64,000 bases of DNA, from NCBI GenBank assembly GCA_038087875.1, contig CM075991.1:13766001-13830000 (forward strand). Reading direction: 5' to 3'. The DNA comes from Malacoraja senta (taxonomy: Eukaryota). Made by a program: the position numbers and the translations under genes. Below the pieces are notes generated by a model. The model had not been told where the DNA came from and did no database searches. It saw only the letters and a list, made by a program, of their open reading frames with translations. This document shows positions 48,711-62,200 of this stretch, one piece after another (position 1 is the first letter of the stretch; each line of letters starts with the position of its first letter).

Positions 48711-51700
48711 TTTACACCGAAGATAGACACAAAATGCTGGAGTAACACAGCGCGACAGGCAAGTAGAATTAGGCCATTCGAACCATCAAGTCTACTCCAC
48801 CATTCAATCATGGCTGATCTATCTCTCCCTCCTAACCCCATTCTCCTGCCTTCTCCCCATAATCCCTGACACCCTTACTAATCAAGAATCTATCTATCTC
48901 TGCCTTAAAAATATCCACTGACTTGGCCTCCACAGCCATCTGTGGCAAAGAATTCCACAGATTCACCACCCTCTGACTAAAGAAATTTCTCCTCATCTCC
49001 TTCCTAAAAGAACGTCCTTTAATTTTGTGGCTATGACCTCTAGATAGAAGGAATGGGTGACGTTTCGGGTCGAGACCCTTTTTCAGACTGAAGGAGTCTG
49101 ATGAAGGGTCTCGACCCGAAACGTCACATATTCCTTCGCTCCAGAGATGCTGCCTCACCCGCTGAGTTCCTCCAGCATTTTTGCCTACTCCAGCACTTTG
49201 TGTCCCTTTTGTGTAAACCAGCATCTGCAGTTCCTTGTGCCTACAAGAGTCAAGAGTGAGTGATTGTCGTATGTACTGAAAACGAAAGTGAAATTCTTCC
49301 ATGGATCAGCGTATCAGATCCATAAACTCAGTACTTATCAATAACATAATATAAACGATTATTTGGAAATCCCACGTATTAGTGCAGAAAGCCTGAAGTC
49401 CTTTGAACAATCAAGGCACTTCAAAGTTCACAGCTTAATTAGTCTTGTGTAATGTTTCAGAGTCTGATGATTAGAGTCATACAGTACGAAAAAAGTTCCA
49501 TCAGTACAATTCATTCACGTTGACCAAGATGTCCCATCTAAGCTTGTCCCATTTACCTGCATTCATACAATACCCTTCTAAACAGTACCTATCCATGTAC
49601 TTGTCCAAGGGTCTTTGAAATGCTATTTATGGTACCTGCCTCAACTACCTCTTCCGGCAGCTCGTTCCATACACCCACCACCCTCAAGTTCCTATTAAAT
49701 GTTTCCACTCTTACAATGTCTCCCGGTTCTGGATACCTCTACTCTAGGTAAAAGATTCTGTGAAGTCACCCTGCCCAAGCCCCTCGTGATTTTATACATC
49801 TTGAATGTGTCACCCTCAGCCTCCAGCGCTCCAAGGAATGATCTCCCAGCCTGCCTAACCTCTCCCAATCGCTCAGCCCCTCAAGTCCCGGCAACATCCT
49901 CGTAAATCATCTCCCCACTCATTCCGTGATTGTTGGGATGAAGCTGTTCTTGAAACGGGAGGTCTTGGTTTTCAGACTCCAGACTAGCTCCTTACCAACT
50001 GTAGGAGTGAAAAGTAAGCTTGGCCAGGGTGGTGTGGGCACTCGATGATGAGGATTCTCTTGAACCTCTACAGGTGCACAGTAGAGAGCATATTAGCTGG
50101 TTGCATCGTGGCCTGGTTCGGCAACTTGAACGTCCAGGAGCGGAAAGAACTTCAAAAAGTTGTGACCACTGCCCAGTCCATCCCCGGCTCTGACCTCCCA
50201 ACCATCAAAGGGATTTATCGGATTCGCTGCCTCAAAAAGGCAGCCAGCATCATCAAAGACCCACACCACCCAGGCCACACACTCATCTCACCATTGCCAT
50301 CAGGAAGAAGGTACAGGATCCTGAAACTGTAAAGACCAGGTTCAGGAACAGCTTCTTCCCCACAGCCATCAGGCTATTAAACACTAAAGCTTCATAAGCT
50401 ATGAACTACAATAGACTATTATTATTATTATTGCACTGTTATCAGTTTTTTAAAATAATTTTTGTTATATTATTCATTATGTTTACATATTGTGTTGTGC
50501 TGCAGCAAGTAAGAATGTCATTGTTCTATCTGGGACATATGACAATAAAACACTCTTGGCAATGGTTCTAAGCGACAGTAGCGCAGGCTCCAGGACTGAA
50601 TGGCCAACACCAGCTGGACTTGACCTTTATCTTGCACCAAATGTTATTCACTTTATGTGTTGGAATGAGCTGCTCGATGCTGGCTTTCACCGATGGTAGA
50701 CACAAAACTCTCCAGTAACTCGACGGGACAGGCAGCATCTCTGGAGAGAAGGAATGGGTGACGTTTCAGGTCGAGACCCTTCTTCAGAGTCAGGGGAGAG
50801 GGAAACTAAAGATATGGAACGGTAAGGTGTGAAAAAGACAGATCAAAGCAGACGCTGATCAAGGAAATGTAGAATGGTCCATTATTGACTGAGGGGAAGG
50901 GGACAACAAGGCATACAAACAGTTAAAAAAATATGTTCTGTCATAGAAACATAGACAATAGGTGCAGGAGCAGGCCATTCGGCCCTTCGAGCCAGCACCA
51001 CCATTCAATATGATCAGAGCTAATCATCTAAAATCAGTAACCAATTCCCGTTTTTTCCCCATATCCCTTGATTCCGTTAGCCCTAAGAGCTAAATCTAAC
51101 TCTCTCTTGAAGATATTCAGTGAATTGGCCTCCACTGCCATCTGTGGCAGAGAATTCCACAGAGTCACAACTCTCTGGGTGATATGTTTTTCCTCATCTC
51201 AGTCCTAAATGGCCGACCCCTTATTCTTAAACTGTGTGACCCCTGGTGCTGGGCTCCCCCACGATGGGGAACATTCTTCCCGCATCGAGCCTGTCCAATC
51301 CCTTGATGTCCTGGAATTTAAAGTGGGTTGGACTGCCACCAACCCTACTGGACTGTTAACGTTGAGAAGCATGACATACCTCAGAGGGGGGGGGGGGGTT
51401 ACATTCAGAATTTGTAAGAGTCACATCTATTGTCTGCAGACATGAGTTACAGCTTACAGCTGACCATGTAAAAGGAATCCTAGGAATGGGAGACGTTTTC
51501 AGGAACTTGGTGTCCGTCTGGGGTTTTTTTGCTGCACACTGTGTGCGGAACACCTGCCTGCTTAAGTCATGGCTTCCCAAAAGTTGTAAAGGTCAATAAA
51601 TATCTTTGCGTGGGGTTTTCCTTGGTTTTTGTAACTGGAACAGTGTAATCTCCCACACATTCCCCACTCAACCACTAGTGTGGAGTCAGAGGAGACCCCC

Positions 51701-52165
51701 TCCCCCCCCCCCTTCCACCCCCCACTTATCTCAGGGATAACATAACATAATAATAATAATTAGGCCATTCGACCCATCAAGTACAATTAGGCCGAGAATT
51801 ACAGGTGGAGAAAAGATTTAAAGAAGTAGAGAGATTGTATTGGATGATTCTTCTGCAGTTGCATAGGGCTCTGGTGAGACCACATCTGGAGTATTGTGTA
51901 CAGTTTTGGTCTCCCAATTTGAGGAAGGACATCCTTGTGATTGAGGCAGTGCAGCGTAGGTTCACGAGATTGATCCCTGGGATGGCGGGACTGTCATAGG
52001 AGGAAAGATTGAAAAGACTAGGCTTGTATTCACTGGAGTTTAGAAGGATGAGGGGGGATCTAAGAGAAACATATACAATTATAAAAGGACTGGACAAGCT
52101 AGATGCAGGAAAAATGTTCCCAATGTAGGGCGAGTCCAGAACCAGGGCCACAGTCTTAGAATAAA

Positions 52166-52365
52166 NNNNNNNNNNNNNNNNNNNNNNNNNNNNNNNNNNN
52201 NNNNNNNNNNNNNNNNNNNNNNNNNNNNNNNNNNNNNNNNNNNNNNNNNNNNNNNNNNNNNNNNNNNNNNNNNNNNNNNNNNNNNNNNNNNNNNNNNNNN
52301 NNNNNNNNNNNNNNNNNNNNNNNNNNNNNNNNNNNNNNNNNNNNNNNNNNNNNNNNNNNNNNNNN
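52166..52365. other. Assembly gap (200 N)
   Basis: N run between a CR1 fragment and a Rex-Babar fragment. Confidence 1.
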
Positions 52366-52385
52366 GACGGAGGGACCAGAGGAAT

Positions 52386-52850
52386 CTATCGGCGGGACTC
52401 TGAGTTCAGCAATGCGATGGTATAATTGTAGAAGCTGCTCCTCATCCTACTGGTACGAGACCTGAGGCTCCTGTACCGCCTCCCTGATGGGAGGAGGGCA
52501 AACAGTCCATGGTTGGGGTGGGAGGGGTCTTTAATGATCTTCCCAGCCCGTTTCAGACACCGTTTTCGGTGGAGGGCATCCATGGCAGGGAGCGGGGCAC
52601 CGATGATGTACTGCGCGGTTTTCACCACCCGTTGTAGTGCCTTCCTGTCCGCAACAGTGCAGCTGCTGTACCATGCCGTGAAGCAGGTGGTCAGGATGCT
52701 CTCGATGGTAAACCGGTAGAAGTTGGTCAGGATCTGGGGGGACAGGTGGGCTTTCTTGAGCCTCCTCAGGAAGTAAAGGCGCTGCTGTGCCTTTTTGATC
52801 AGCTTGGAGGTGTTGAGGGACCAGGACAAATCCTCCGAGATGTGTACCCC
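52386..52850 (-). mobile_element. Rex1/Babar-clade LINE fragment (others near 1602-2057+, 35700-35990-, 37688-37900+, 50047-50400+, 52857-53107+, 53955-54390+, 61090-61370-)
   Basis: [12 protein letters not shown]...KKAQQRLYFLRRL...[10 protein letters not shown]. Confidence 0.85.
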
Positions 52851-54878
52851 GAGGATCACCAGCAACAGACTGGTTCCAAGATGCAGCACAGAACGCCACA
52901 GGAGATCCTTCTTCCCTGTGGCTATCAAACTGTACAACTCCTCCCCCTTCTGTCATGGGGGAGACTGACTCCCCTCACCCCCAATCTTTGCACATTCCCA
53001 ATCCTTTCCACTCGTCACTTTAATTTCATGTGTCATGTATCTAGTGTTTTCATGACTGTTGGCAGATCAATTTCCCTCCTGGGATGAATAAAGTTCTTTC
53101 GTATCGAATCATGTCGTTATCATCCATTCTTTTCAGTGGGAAGAATGTGAAGATGGATGACGGTGCTGGGCCTGTACTCGCTGGAGTTTAGAAGGATGAG
53201 GGGGGGGGGGGGACCTCGTTGAAACTTATCGAATAATGGAAGGCCCGGATAGAGTGGATGTGGAGAGGATGTTTCCACTAGTGGGTGAGTCTAGGACCAG
53301 AGGCCATAGCCTCAGAATTAAAGGATGGACCTTGAGAAAGAAGAGGAGGAATTTCTTTAGTCAGAGGGTGGTGAATCTGTGGAATTCATTGCCACAGAAG
53401 GCTGTGGAGGCCAAGTCATTGATTATTTTTTTTAAATGGAGACTGATAGGTTCTAGATTATTACAGGTGACAGGGGTTATGGGGAGAAGGCAGGATAATG
53501 GGGTTAGGAGGGAGAGATAGATCAGCCATGATTGAATGGCGGAGTAGACTTGATGGGTTGAATGACTTATGAACATGAACTTTTTACTTGCATCACAGGA
53601 TGCTGGAATCTCCCTGGTCCCATTGGAGATACACAGCACTCTCCTCCTGGTATCGACCAATGTTTCATGATGATAAGAATATACAGAGCGCTGGAGTATC
53701 TCAGCGGGTCAGGCAGCATCTCTGGAGAACATGGATAGGTGACGTTTCGGGTTGGGGTCCTTGATCAGGTAATAGACTGATCCATGTGAGGAAGGTTTTA
53801 GTTAGGCAGAGATGGTTGAATACACAAGTGGCCCGACCTGAAACCTCACCAATCCATGTTCTCCAAAGATGCTGCCTGACTCGCTGGGTTACTCCAGCGC
53901 TTTGTGTCCTTTTTTGTAAGCCAGCTCCTGCAGTTCCTTGTTTCTACATTCCCCCAAGAAATTGCAGAGAGTCGTGGATGCAGCGCAGACCATCACACAA
54001 ACCAACCTCCCTTCCATTGACTCCATCTACACTTCACGCTGCCTCGGCAAGGCCAGCAGCATCATCAAGGACCAGTCTCACCCCAGTCACTCCCTCTTCT
54101 CCCCTCTCCCATCAGGCAAGAGGCACAGAAGTGTGAAAACGCACACCTCCAGATTCAGGGACAGTTTCTTCCCTGCTGTTATCAGGCAACTGAACCATCC
54201 TATCTCCAACTAGAGTGCGGTCCTGAGCTACTATCTACCTCATTGGAGACGCTCGGACTATCTTTAATCGGACGTTACTGGACTTTATCTTGCTCTCAAC
54301 ATTATTCCCTTTATCCTGTATCTGTACACTGTGGATGGCTCGATTGGAATCATGAATAGGTTTTCCACTGACTGGATAGCATGCAACATAAAGCTTATCA
54401 TAGAAACATAGAAAATAGTTGCAGGAGTAGGCCATTTGGCCCTTCGAGTCAGCACCGCCATTCAATATGATCATGGCTGATCATCCACAATCAGTACCCC
54501 GTTCCTGCTTTTTCCCCACACATCCCTTGATTCCTTTAGCATTAAGAGTTAAATCTAACTCTCTCTTCAATGTGTCACCCTCTCTTCAATGATCTCTGTA
54601 GCTCGGTACAGATGGGACAATAAATGGCACTAAAGCAAGCTGATGTGGTGCATTTTCAGCTCGAGCTCTGCTGCCTCCTGGGCCTGGGTTCCTTTGTGGT
54701 CACAAGCAACCCAGCATTTTATCAGACACAACGACGGGTGTGAAGCTGCGTTTTGGTCTCCTGTTTGACGTCAATGTGCTCTCTAGATCGGATGGCCTAG
54801 GTGTCTTCAGCAAGGCGGCCCGCTTCTCGACCCGCCTGAGAATCAGCCGCTGAGCTAATTGCGGTTAGACAATGGCAA

Positions 54879-55036
54879 AGCCTGCTCGCAGTATGTTACA
54901 GAGTAGCCTGAGAATCAGACGTAATGTCTGGTGCCGAGATGCCTTCACCTCTGCAGAGGTTCGGAACTGTAGGCATCTCGGCACCAGACATTACGTCTGA
55001 TTCTCAGGCTAATCTGTAACTTACTGTGAGCAGGCT
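54879..55036. repeat. Long hairpin or fold-back MITE
   Basis: 41-bp perfect arms (54904-54944 and 54971-55011), extending to about 66 bp with 3 mismatches; 26-nt loop. Confidence 0.85.
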
Positions 55037-55949
55037 AAGGTTGTGAGCTTGTATCGTGTAGGAAGGAACTGCAGATGCTGAGGAAAGACACAAAGTGCTG
55101 GAGTAACTCAGCGGGACAGGCGGCATCTCTGGAGAGAAGGAGTGGGTGACGTTTCAGGCCGAGACCCTTCTTCAGAAGAGCCAATGGGAGGGTGGTTGGT
55201 TAGTGTGATGGTCAGAAGGGTCTCGACCCGAAACGTCACCCATTCCTTCCCTCCAGAGATGCTGCCTGTCCCGCTGAGTTACTCCAGCTTTGTTGTGACT
55301 TTAAAAAAAAGTTTTTTAGAGATACAGTAATTCAAATTTCACTGTGCATTAATTGGTACATATGACAATAAACTGACCTTGATACCTTTGAACAGGCCCT
55401 TCGTCCCACCGAGTCTGCGCTGACCAGCGATCTCACACTAACTCTATCCTACACCCACTAGGGACAAGTTACATTTACCAAGCCAATTAACCTACAAACC
55501 TGCACCGCTTTGGAGTGTGGGAGGAAACCGAAGATCTCAGAGAAAAGCCACGCAGGTCACAGGGTGAATGTACAAACTCCATGCAGAGAGCACCCGTAGT
55601 CAGGAGCGAACCTGGGTCTCTGGCCCTGTAAGGCAGCAACTCTACCAGGCCATCTGTGTAAGGGTGTATCCATGCCTGATGGGAGAGGGGACAAGAGGGA
55701 GAGGAATAAACCTATGTGGTTAGTGGGAGAACGTGCAAACTCCACACACAGACAGCACCCACAGGTCAGAATCCAACCCGGAGCTCTGGCGCCATGAGGC
55801 AGCAGCTCTACCCGCTGCACCACCGTGATGCCCTACTTAGGTTGGGCTGGCTGTGATTTTCCTCTCTCTCCCCCGCCCATCCCCTACCCTACACAAACCA
55901 CAGCAACATGTCCAGGGCTCGCTGGCTCCTCACCCAGTGCAATAGAAAG

Positions 55950-56001
55950 TTAGAGAGAGGGGGGGAGAGAAGAAGACGAGAGAGAGAGAGAGGGAGGGTG
56001 G

Positions 56002-56064
<63 letters not shown>

Positions 56065-56187
56065 TGGGGCAGAGAGAGAGAGAGAGAGAGAAAGGGAGAG
56101 AGAGTGAGAGAAGGAGAGAGAGGGGGAGAGAAGAAGATGAGAGAGAGAGGGGGGTGTGGGGCAGAGAGAGAAAGGGAGAGAGAAAGG

Positions 56188-56242
<55 letters not shown>

Positions 56243-56447
56243 GAGAAGGAGAGAGAGAGAGAGAGAGAGAGAGGGGAGAAAGACAAGAGAGAGGGGGTGT
56301 GGGGCAGCGAGAGAAAGGGAGAGAGAGAGAGAGGAGAGAGAGGGGAGGGAGAGAGAGAGAGAGAGGGTGAGAGAGGGGGAAAGGAAGACAAGAGAGAGCA
56401 AATGATCTGTGTTATTGTGAAGGAGAGAGAGAGGGAGTGAGGAAGAC

Positions 56448-56478
<31 letters not shown>

Positions 56479-56500
56479 AGAGAGAGAGAGAGAGAGAATG
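55950..56500. repeat. (GA)n-rich compound repeat
   Basis: Direct inspection; a similar tract lies at 32135-32290. Confidence 0.95.
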
Positions 56501-58267
56501 GTGCAGAGAGAAAGAGCAAATGACAACAGTGTTATTGTGATGGTGTCTCTGGCTGGAAGGAACAACCTCTTCAGAGACACCCATTCACACAGGATGCTGA
56601 GATGAGAAAGCGAGGAAAATGAAACCAGAATGTTGTATTGATAAATGGAGCAGTCATGTGTTCCCAGGCTGCTGAGTGTTAGCTGGCTTTGAGTGGGGAG
56701 AGTCAGCAGGTCCTCATTCCTCAGTCAGCTGTCTACCCTCAATTCTCTGCTGTATGTCTACGTTCAGTCACATCCTCCTGACCTCAGGGCAAGTGGTTTT
56801 GGCATCTTTCCCCCCTCCCCCCCGTTCTTAACAAGGACTTTATTGAGTATTAGCATTTTACTGTGTACCAGAAGGCACAAAGACTTTCAAAAGTCACATT
56901 GCATCAGGCAATGATTAAAATGCAATATTGCCATCTTTATCAACACCACACTCGACCCCCCGCCGCTCGGCGACCAGCGATCACATAAGCCCTCTAGAGT
57001 CCCCATGGACACCTGTGTGTTCCCTCTCCATGGACACGTGAGCACAGACGCTTGCCCGGAAGAGGGGAAGACAACCGACTCTGGAGTGACCATCGACCAC
57101 CCGCTGCCTGGACCCGCGAACGGCCATCTTGTATTTTTGTTAAGACTAGGGAGGGTGAAAAGCCCGTTTGATCTTTCTGCTCCCTAATCACACTGCCCAT
57201 CCACACAAGCTTACTTTAGTTTAGTTCAGAGATACTGTGTGCGGAAACAGGCCCTTCGGCCCACCGAGTCCATGCTGACCAGCGATCCCCGCACACCAAC
57301 CCCGTCCACACACACTAGGGACAATTGTACATGTATAACCAAGCCAATTAACGTACAAACCGGCACGTCTTTGGAGTGCGAGGGGGAAAACTGAAGATCT
57401 CGGGGAAAACCCACGGGGAGAACGTACAAACTCCGTACGGACAGCACCTGTGGTCAGGATCGAACCCGGGTCTCTGGCGCTGTAGGGGAGTAGCTCAACG
57501 CTGCGCCACCGTGCCGCCCATGGTGATATTCCACTTTCTCAACGCCTTGGGATGATGAAGCGGTGAAATCTAGGATGGGGCAGAGACTTAAAAAATGATT
57601 CTAGTTTAGTTTGGAGATACAGCGCGGAAACAGGCCCGTCTGCCTATTATATGTACAGAAGCATAGAGATGTATAAGATCCTGAGGGGAATGGATAGGGT
57701 GAATGCACACAGTCTTTTACCCAGAATAGGGTGGAATCAAGAGCAAGAGCACATAGGTTTAAGGTGAGGGGAGGGGATGATTTAATAGGAACCTGAGGGG
57801 CAATTTTCTCACACAAAGGGTGGTGGGGATATGGAAAGAGCTGCCAGAGGAGGCAGTTGAGACAGGTTTAGATGGATATGGGCCAAACGCAGGCAGGTGG
57901 GACTAGTGTATATGGGGCATATTGGTCAGCATGGGCAAGTTGGGCTGAAGGGCCTGTTTCCAAGCTCTATGACTATGAGGCCCAGATCCATCAATCTCTC
58001 CTAATAGGTCCCTCACCCTCACCCTCACCCTCACGTTCTATGTTCTATGTTGTGTGACATCTGGTGGAACAGATAGCCCAATGCTCTCCACCCCACCCAT
58101 CACCCAGAGAGTTGTGAACCTGTGGAATTTTCTGCTGCAGAAGGCAGTGGTGGCCGATTCACTGAATGTTTTCAGGAGAGAGTTAAATTTTGGTCTTAGG
58201 GCTAAAGGAATCAGGGATATGGGGAGAAAGCAGGAACGGGGTACTGATTTTGGATGATCAGCCATGA

Positions 58268-58590
58268 ACATATTGAATGGCTGTGCTGGCTCGAAGGGCC
58301 AAATGGCCTACTCCTGCACCTATTGTCTATTGTCTATGATCATATTGAATGGCGGTGCTGGCTCGAAGGGCCGAATGGCCTACTGCACCTATTGTCTATT
58401 GTCTATGACCATATTCAATGGCGGTGCTGGCTCGAAGGGCCGAATGGCCTACTCCTGCACCTATTGTCTATTGTCTATGACCATATTCAATGGCGGTGCT
58501 GGCTCGAAGTGCCGAATGGCCTACTCCGGCACCTATTGTCTATTGTCTATGACCATATTCAATGGCGGTGCTGGCTCGAAGGGCCGAATA
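58268..58590 (+). repeat. Tandem array of about 4.5 x 70-bp CR1 3' termini, followed by an inverted CR1 tail
   Basis: Repeated catatt(g/c)aatggcggtgctggctcgaagggccgaatggcctactcctgcacctattgtctattgtctatga. Confidence 0.9.
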
Positions 58591-58859
58591 GACAATAGAC
58601 ACTAGGTGCAGGAGTAGGACATTTGGCCCTTCGAGCCAGCACCGCCATTCAATGTGATCATGGCTGATCATCCCCAATCAGTACCCCGTTCCTGTCTTCT
58701 CCCCATAATCCCCTGACTCCGCTATTTTTAAGAGCCCTATCTAGCTCTCTCTTGAAAGCATCCAGAGAACTGTCCTCCACCGCCCTCTGAATGGTCTATT
58801 TTCCGGCACCTATTTTCTAATTTTCAATGTTTCTATGATCAGTGTCCCTGGATGTGAAT

Positions 58860-59240
58860 TCTGCCCTCAGCGCTCGGTTCCGTTGCCATTGTGGGCTGAT
58901 GTTTAATTCTCCGGTGGTAGTTGGTGCTGACTCAGCAGCCAGCCAGCCTGCTGGCCTTTTGTGCAGCTTCCAACAGATCGTCTCGCTGAAAGAGCAGCGG
59001 CGTCTCCAGTGGCAACGGGCCGTCGCCCTCGAGCCGCGGGGCCCTGCTGATTGGGTCGGCTTCATTCCCGTCGCCCTGCATTCTTTCACTGACTCTCTCA
59101 GCTGCCTGAGTGCCTGTGAGCCAACTCCTTCACCTCTCTGACTTTACGTGGTGTGTCTGGCCTAACAAGCAGCTTGCCGTTGTTCCTGCTCCCCCCCCCT
59201 TCCTCAAACCCCTCCCCCGGCTCAGCTGAAGGCTTCACTG
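58860..59240. promoter_or_regulatory. Candidate promoter or enhancer: CpG-rich unique sequence with MARE, RFX-like and CCAAT motifs
   Basis: TGCTGACTCAGCA at 58925-58937; GTCTCCAGTGGCAAC at 59002-59016; CTGATTGG at 59047-59054. Confidence 0.4.
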
Positions 59241-62200
59241 TCTCCCACACTAACACCCGGACGCTGAGATTCCTGCAGATGCACACAAAAAGCTGAAGTC
59301 TGAAGAAGGCGTCTCAACCCGAAACGTCACCCATTCCTTCAGAGACGCTGCCTGTCCCGCCGAGTTACTCCAGCATTTTGTGATTTAAACCAGCATCTGC
59401 AGTTCTTTCCTGCACACAAAAAGCTGGACTGGATAGAGTGGATGTGGCGAGGATGTGTCCACTAGTGGGAGAGTCTAGGATCACAGGTTATAGCCTGAAA
59501 TTAAAGGACGTTCCTCTGGGAAGGAGATGAGGAGGAATTTCTTTAGTCAGAGGGTGGTGAATCTGTGGAATTCTTTGCCACAGAAGGCCGTGGAGGCCAA
59601 GTCAGTGGATATTTTTACGGCAGAGATAGATAGATTCTTGATTCGTACGGGTGTCAGGGGTTTTGGGGAAGAGGCAGGAGAATAGGCTTAGGAGACAGAG
59701 ATAGATCAGCCATGATTGAATGGTGAAGTAGACGATGGGCCGAATGGCCCAATTCTCCTCCTATCCCTTATGACCTTATGAGTAACTCAACGGGTCAGAC
59801 AGCATTTCTGGAGAAAAGGAATAGGTGACGTTTCGAGTCGAGAACTTTCTTCTCACTGAGAGTCGGAGGAATGGAATTCCCACCTCAATTCCCAGACTCT
59901 AGGCAGCTTTTGAGTGCCCCTAACCAGCTCAGCTGCACAGTGGCACAGCGGGTACAGCCACTGCCTCGCAGCGCCGGAGACCACGGTTCGATCCTGACCT
60001 CGAGTGCTGTCTGTGCGGAGTTTGCCCGTTCTCCCTGTGACGGCGTGGGTTACCTCCGGGTGCTCCGGTTTCCTCCCACACCCCCAAAGATGTGCGCGTT
60101 TGTAGATTGATTGTCCCTCTGTTAAATTGCCCTTGGTGTGTGGAGAGTGGGTGTGAAAGTGGGATAACGTGGAACTAGTGTGAAGGAGTGATCGATGGTC
60201 GGCGTGGACTTGGTGGGTCCTTGGGTCCTTGCTGCATCTCTAAGCTAAAAGTAAACACTAAAATCACATTGCATGGGAAAGGTTGCAGATGCTGATTTAA
60301 GGTTCGTGTACCAACACTGATTACCTTTCGTTGCAGCGGGGACAATTTACAGACGGCAATTAGCGTGCAAACTCCACACGGACAGCACCCGAGGTGAGGA
60401 TCGAACCCTGGGTCTCTGGCGCTGTGAGGCAGCAGCTCTACCGCTGCGCCACCGTGCCACCCACCCCCACTGTGAAGGCGAATGTACAATTGCCTTCTTT
60501 GCCACCCTGTCTACCACTCACTGTGTCGTGAGCCAAGACTGTTCTATTGTCATTGGATCCAAAACGGAACAATGAGATTCTTACTTGCAGCAGCCAAACA
60601 GGTTTGTAAACTCAGTACTTAATAAATAATATCATAATCAAACAAATAATAAGATCAATGGATAAAAAAACATAATATGGTGCAAAAATAAACAAAGAAA
60701 GTTCACAATTCAGAGATTAGTTGTAGGTTGCAGTGTTTAATAGCCTGATAGTTACATAGAAAATAGGTGCAGGAGGAGGCCATTCGGCCCTTCGAGCCAG
60801 CTCCGCCATTCATTGTGATCGTGGCTGATCGTCCCCAATCAATAACTCATGCCTGCCTTCTCCCCATATCCCTTGATTCCACTAGCCCCTAGAGCTCTAC
60901 CTAACTCTCTCTTAAATCCATCCAGTGATTTGGCCTCCACTGCCCTCTGTGGCAGGGAATTCCACAAATTCACAACTCTCTGGGTGAAAAAGTTTTTTCT
61001 CACCTCAGTCTTAAATGGCCTCCCCTTGATTCTCAGAACGTGGCCCCTGGTTCTGGACTCGCCCAACATTGGGAACATTTTTTCTGCATTGGGAAGAAAC
61101 TGCTCCTGAACCTGGACGTTACCCTTTTCAGGCTCCTGTACCTTCTTCCCGATGGCAGGGGTGAAGTGAATGTGTGGACACGATGGTGTGGGTCTCTGAT
61201 GATGCTGGCTGCCTTTTTGAGGCAGCGCCTCCTGTACATCCCTTCGATGGTGGGGAGGTCAGTACGCGCGATAGACTGGGCTGTGGTCACCGCTTTATGC
61301 AATCTTCTTCGATCCCGAGCGTTTGCGTTGCTGAACCAGGCCATGATGCAAGCAGTCAGTATGCTCTCTGTACCATCCAACTGTGCACCTGTACTCCAAG
61401 ACCCCTCTGCTCTACAACACTCCCTAGGCCCCCCCTACCTGTGGGTAAGCTTATGCAGCTGACCTTCAGAGCTATGGGTGTCAGGTGGTGATCTGCTGTT
61501 GTAACGGCCGCCATTGTCAGTAGAATGTTCTTCATTCTTCACAACACTTGCTTAGAAGGTCTATCCCTGTAAGTGACACTTGTACTGCACTTGTACTGGG
61601 ACTGCTTACCCCTGAGAGCAAATGTTACCGTGAAGTCCCACCTGGACAACATAGACCAGAACAACCCAACTGAAGTGAAAGTGAGAAGTGACACTGCTCC
61701 TCGTGGTCGGGTCAGAGGTGTACCAATCACCAGTCGCTCTGTTAGCACCACAATTGTGGGCGGCACAGTGGCGCAGCTGGTAGAGTTGCTGCATCACAGC
61801 GCCAGCTTCAGCCCTGACCTCAGATGCTGTCTGTGCGGAGTTCGCACGGAGTTCTCAATGGGACCACGTGGGCTTCCTCCTGGGTGCTCCGGTTTCCCCC
61901 ACCATCCCAAAGATTTGCGGGTTTGTAGGTTAATTGGCCCTCTGTAAATTGTCCCTCATGTGTAGGGAGTGGATGAGAAAGTGGGATAACGTAGAACTAG
62001 CTGGGTGGAGGATGGATGGTTGGCGTGGACTCAGTGGGCCAAAGGGCCTGTTCCTCGTTGTATCTCTAAACTAGGCTAAACTAAACTAAACTAAACTAAA
62101 CCAAGGAGAAGGAAGAAGGGTCCCAACCCGAAATGTCACCTCTCCATGTTCTCCTGGATTGCCAACTGACCCACTGAGTTACTCCAGCACTTTGTGTCTT

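Noticed and set aside
55889..56584. Long Ser/Leu or Arg/Glu ORFs (also 37054-37604 and 32020-32601)
   Set aside because: Translations of (CT)n/(GA)n microsatellites.
58268..58590. CRISPR-like or coding tandem array (ORFs with repeated peptides)
   Set aside because: The units are contiguous copies of a CR1 3' end with no unique spacers, in a eukaryotic context.
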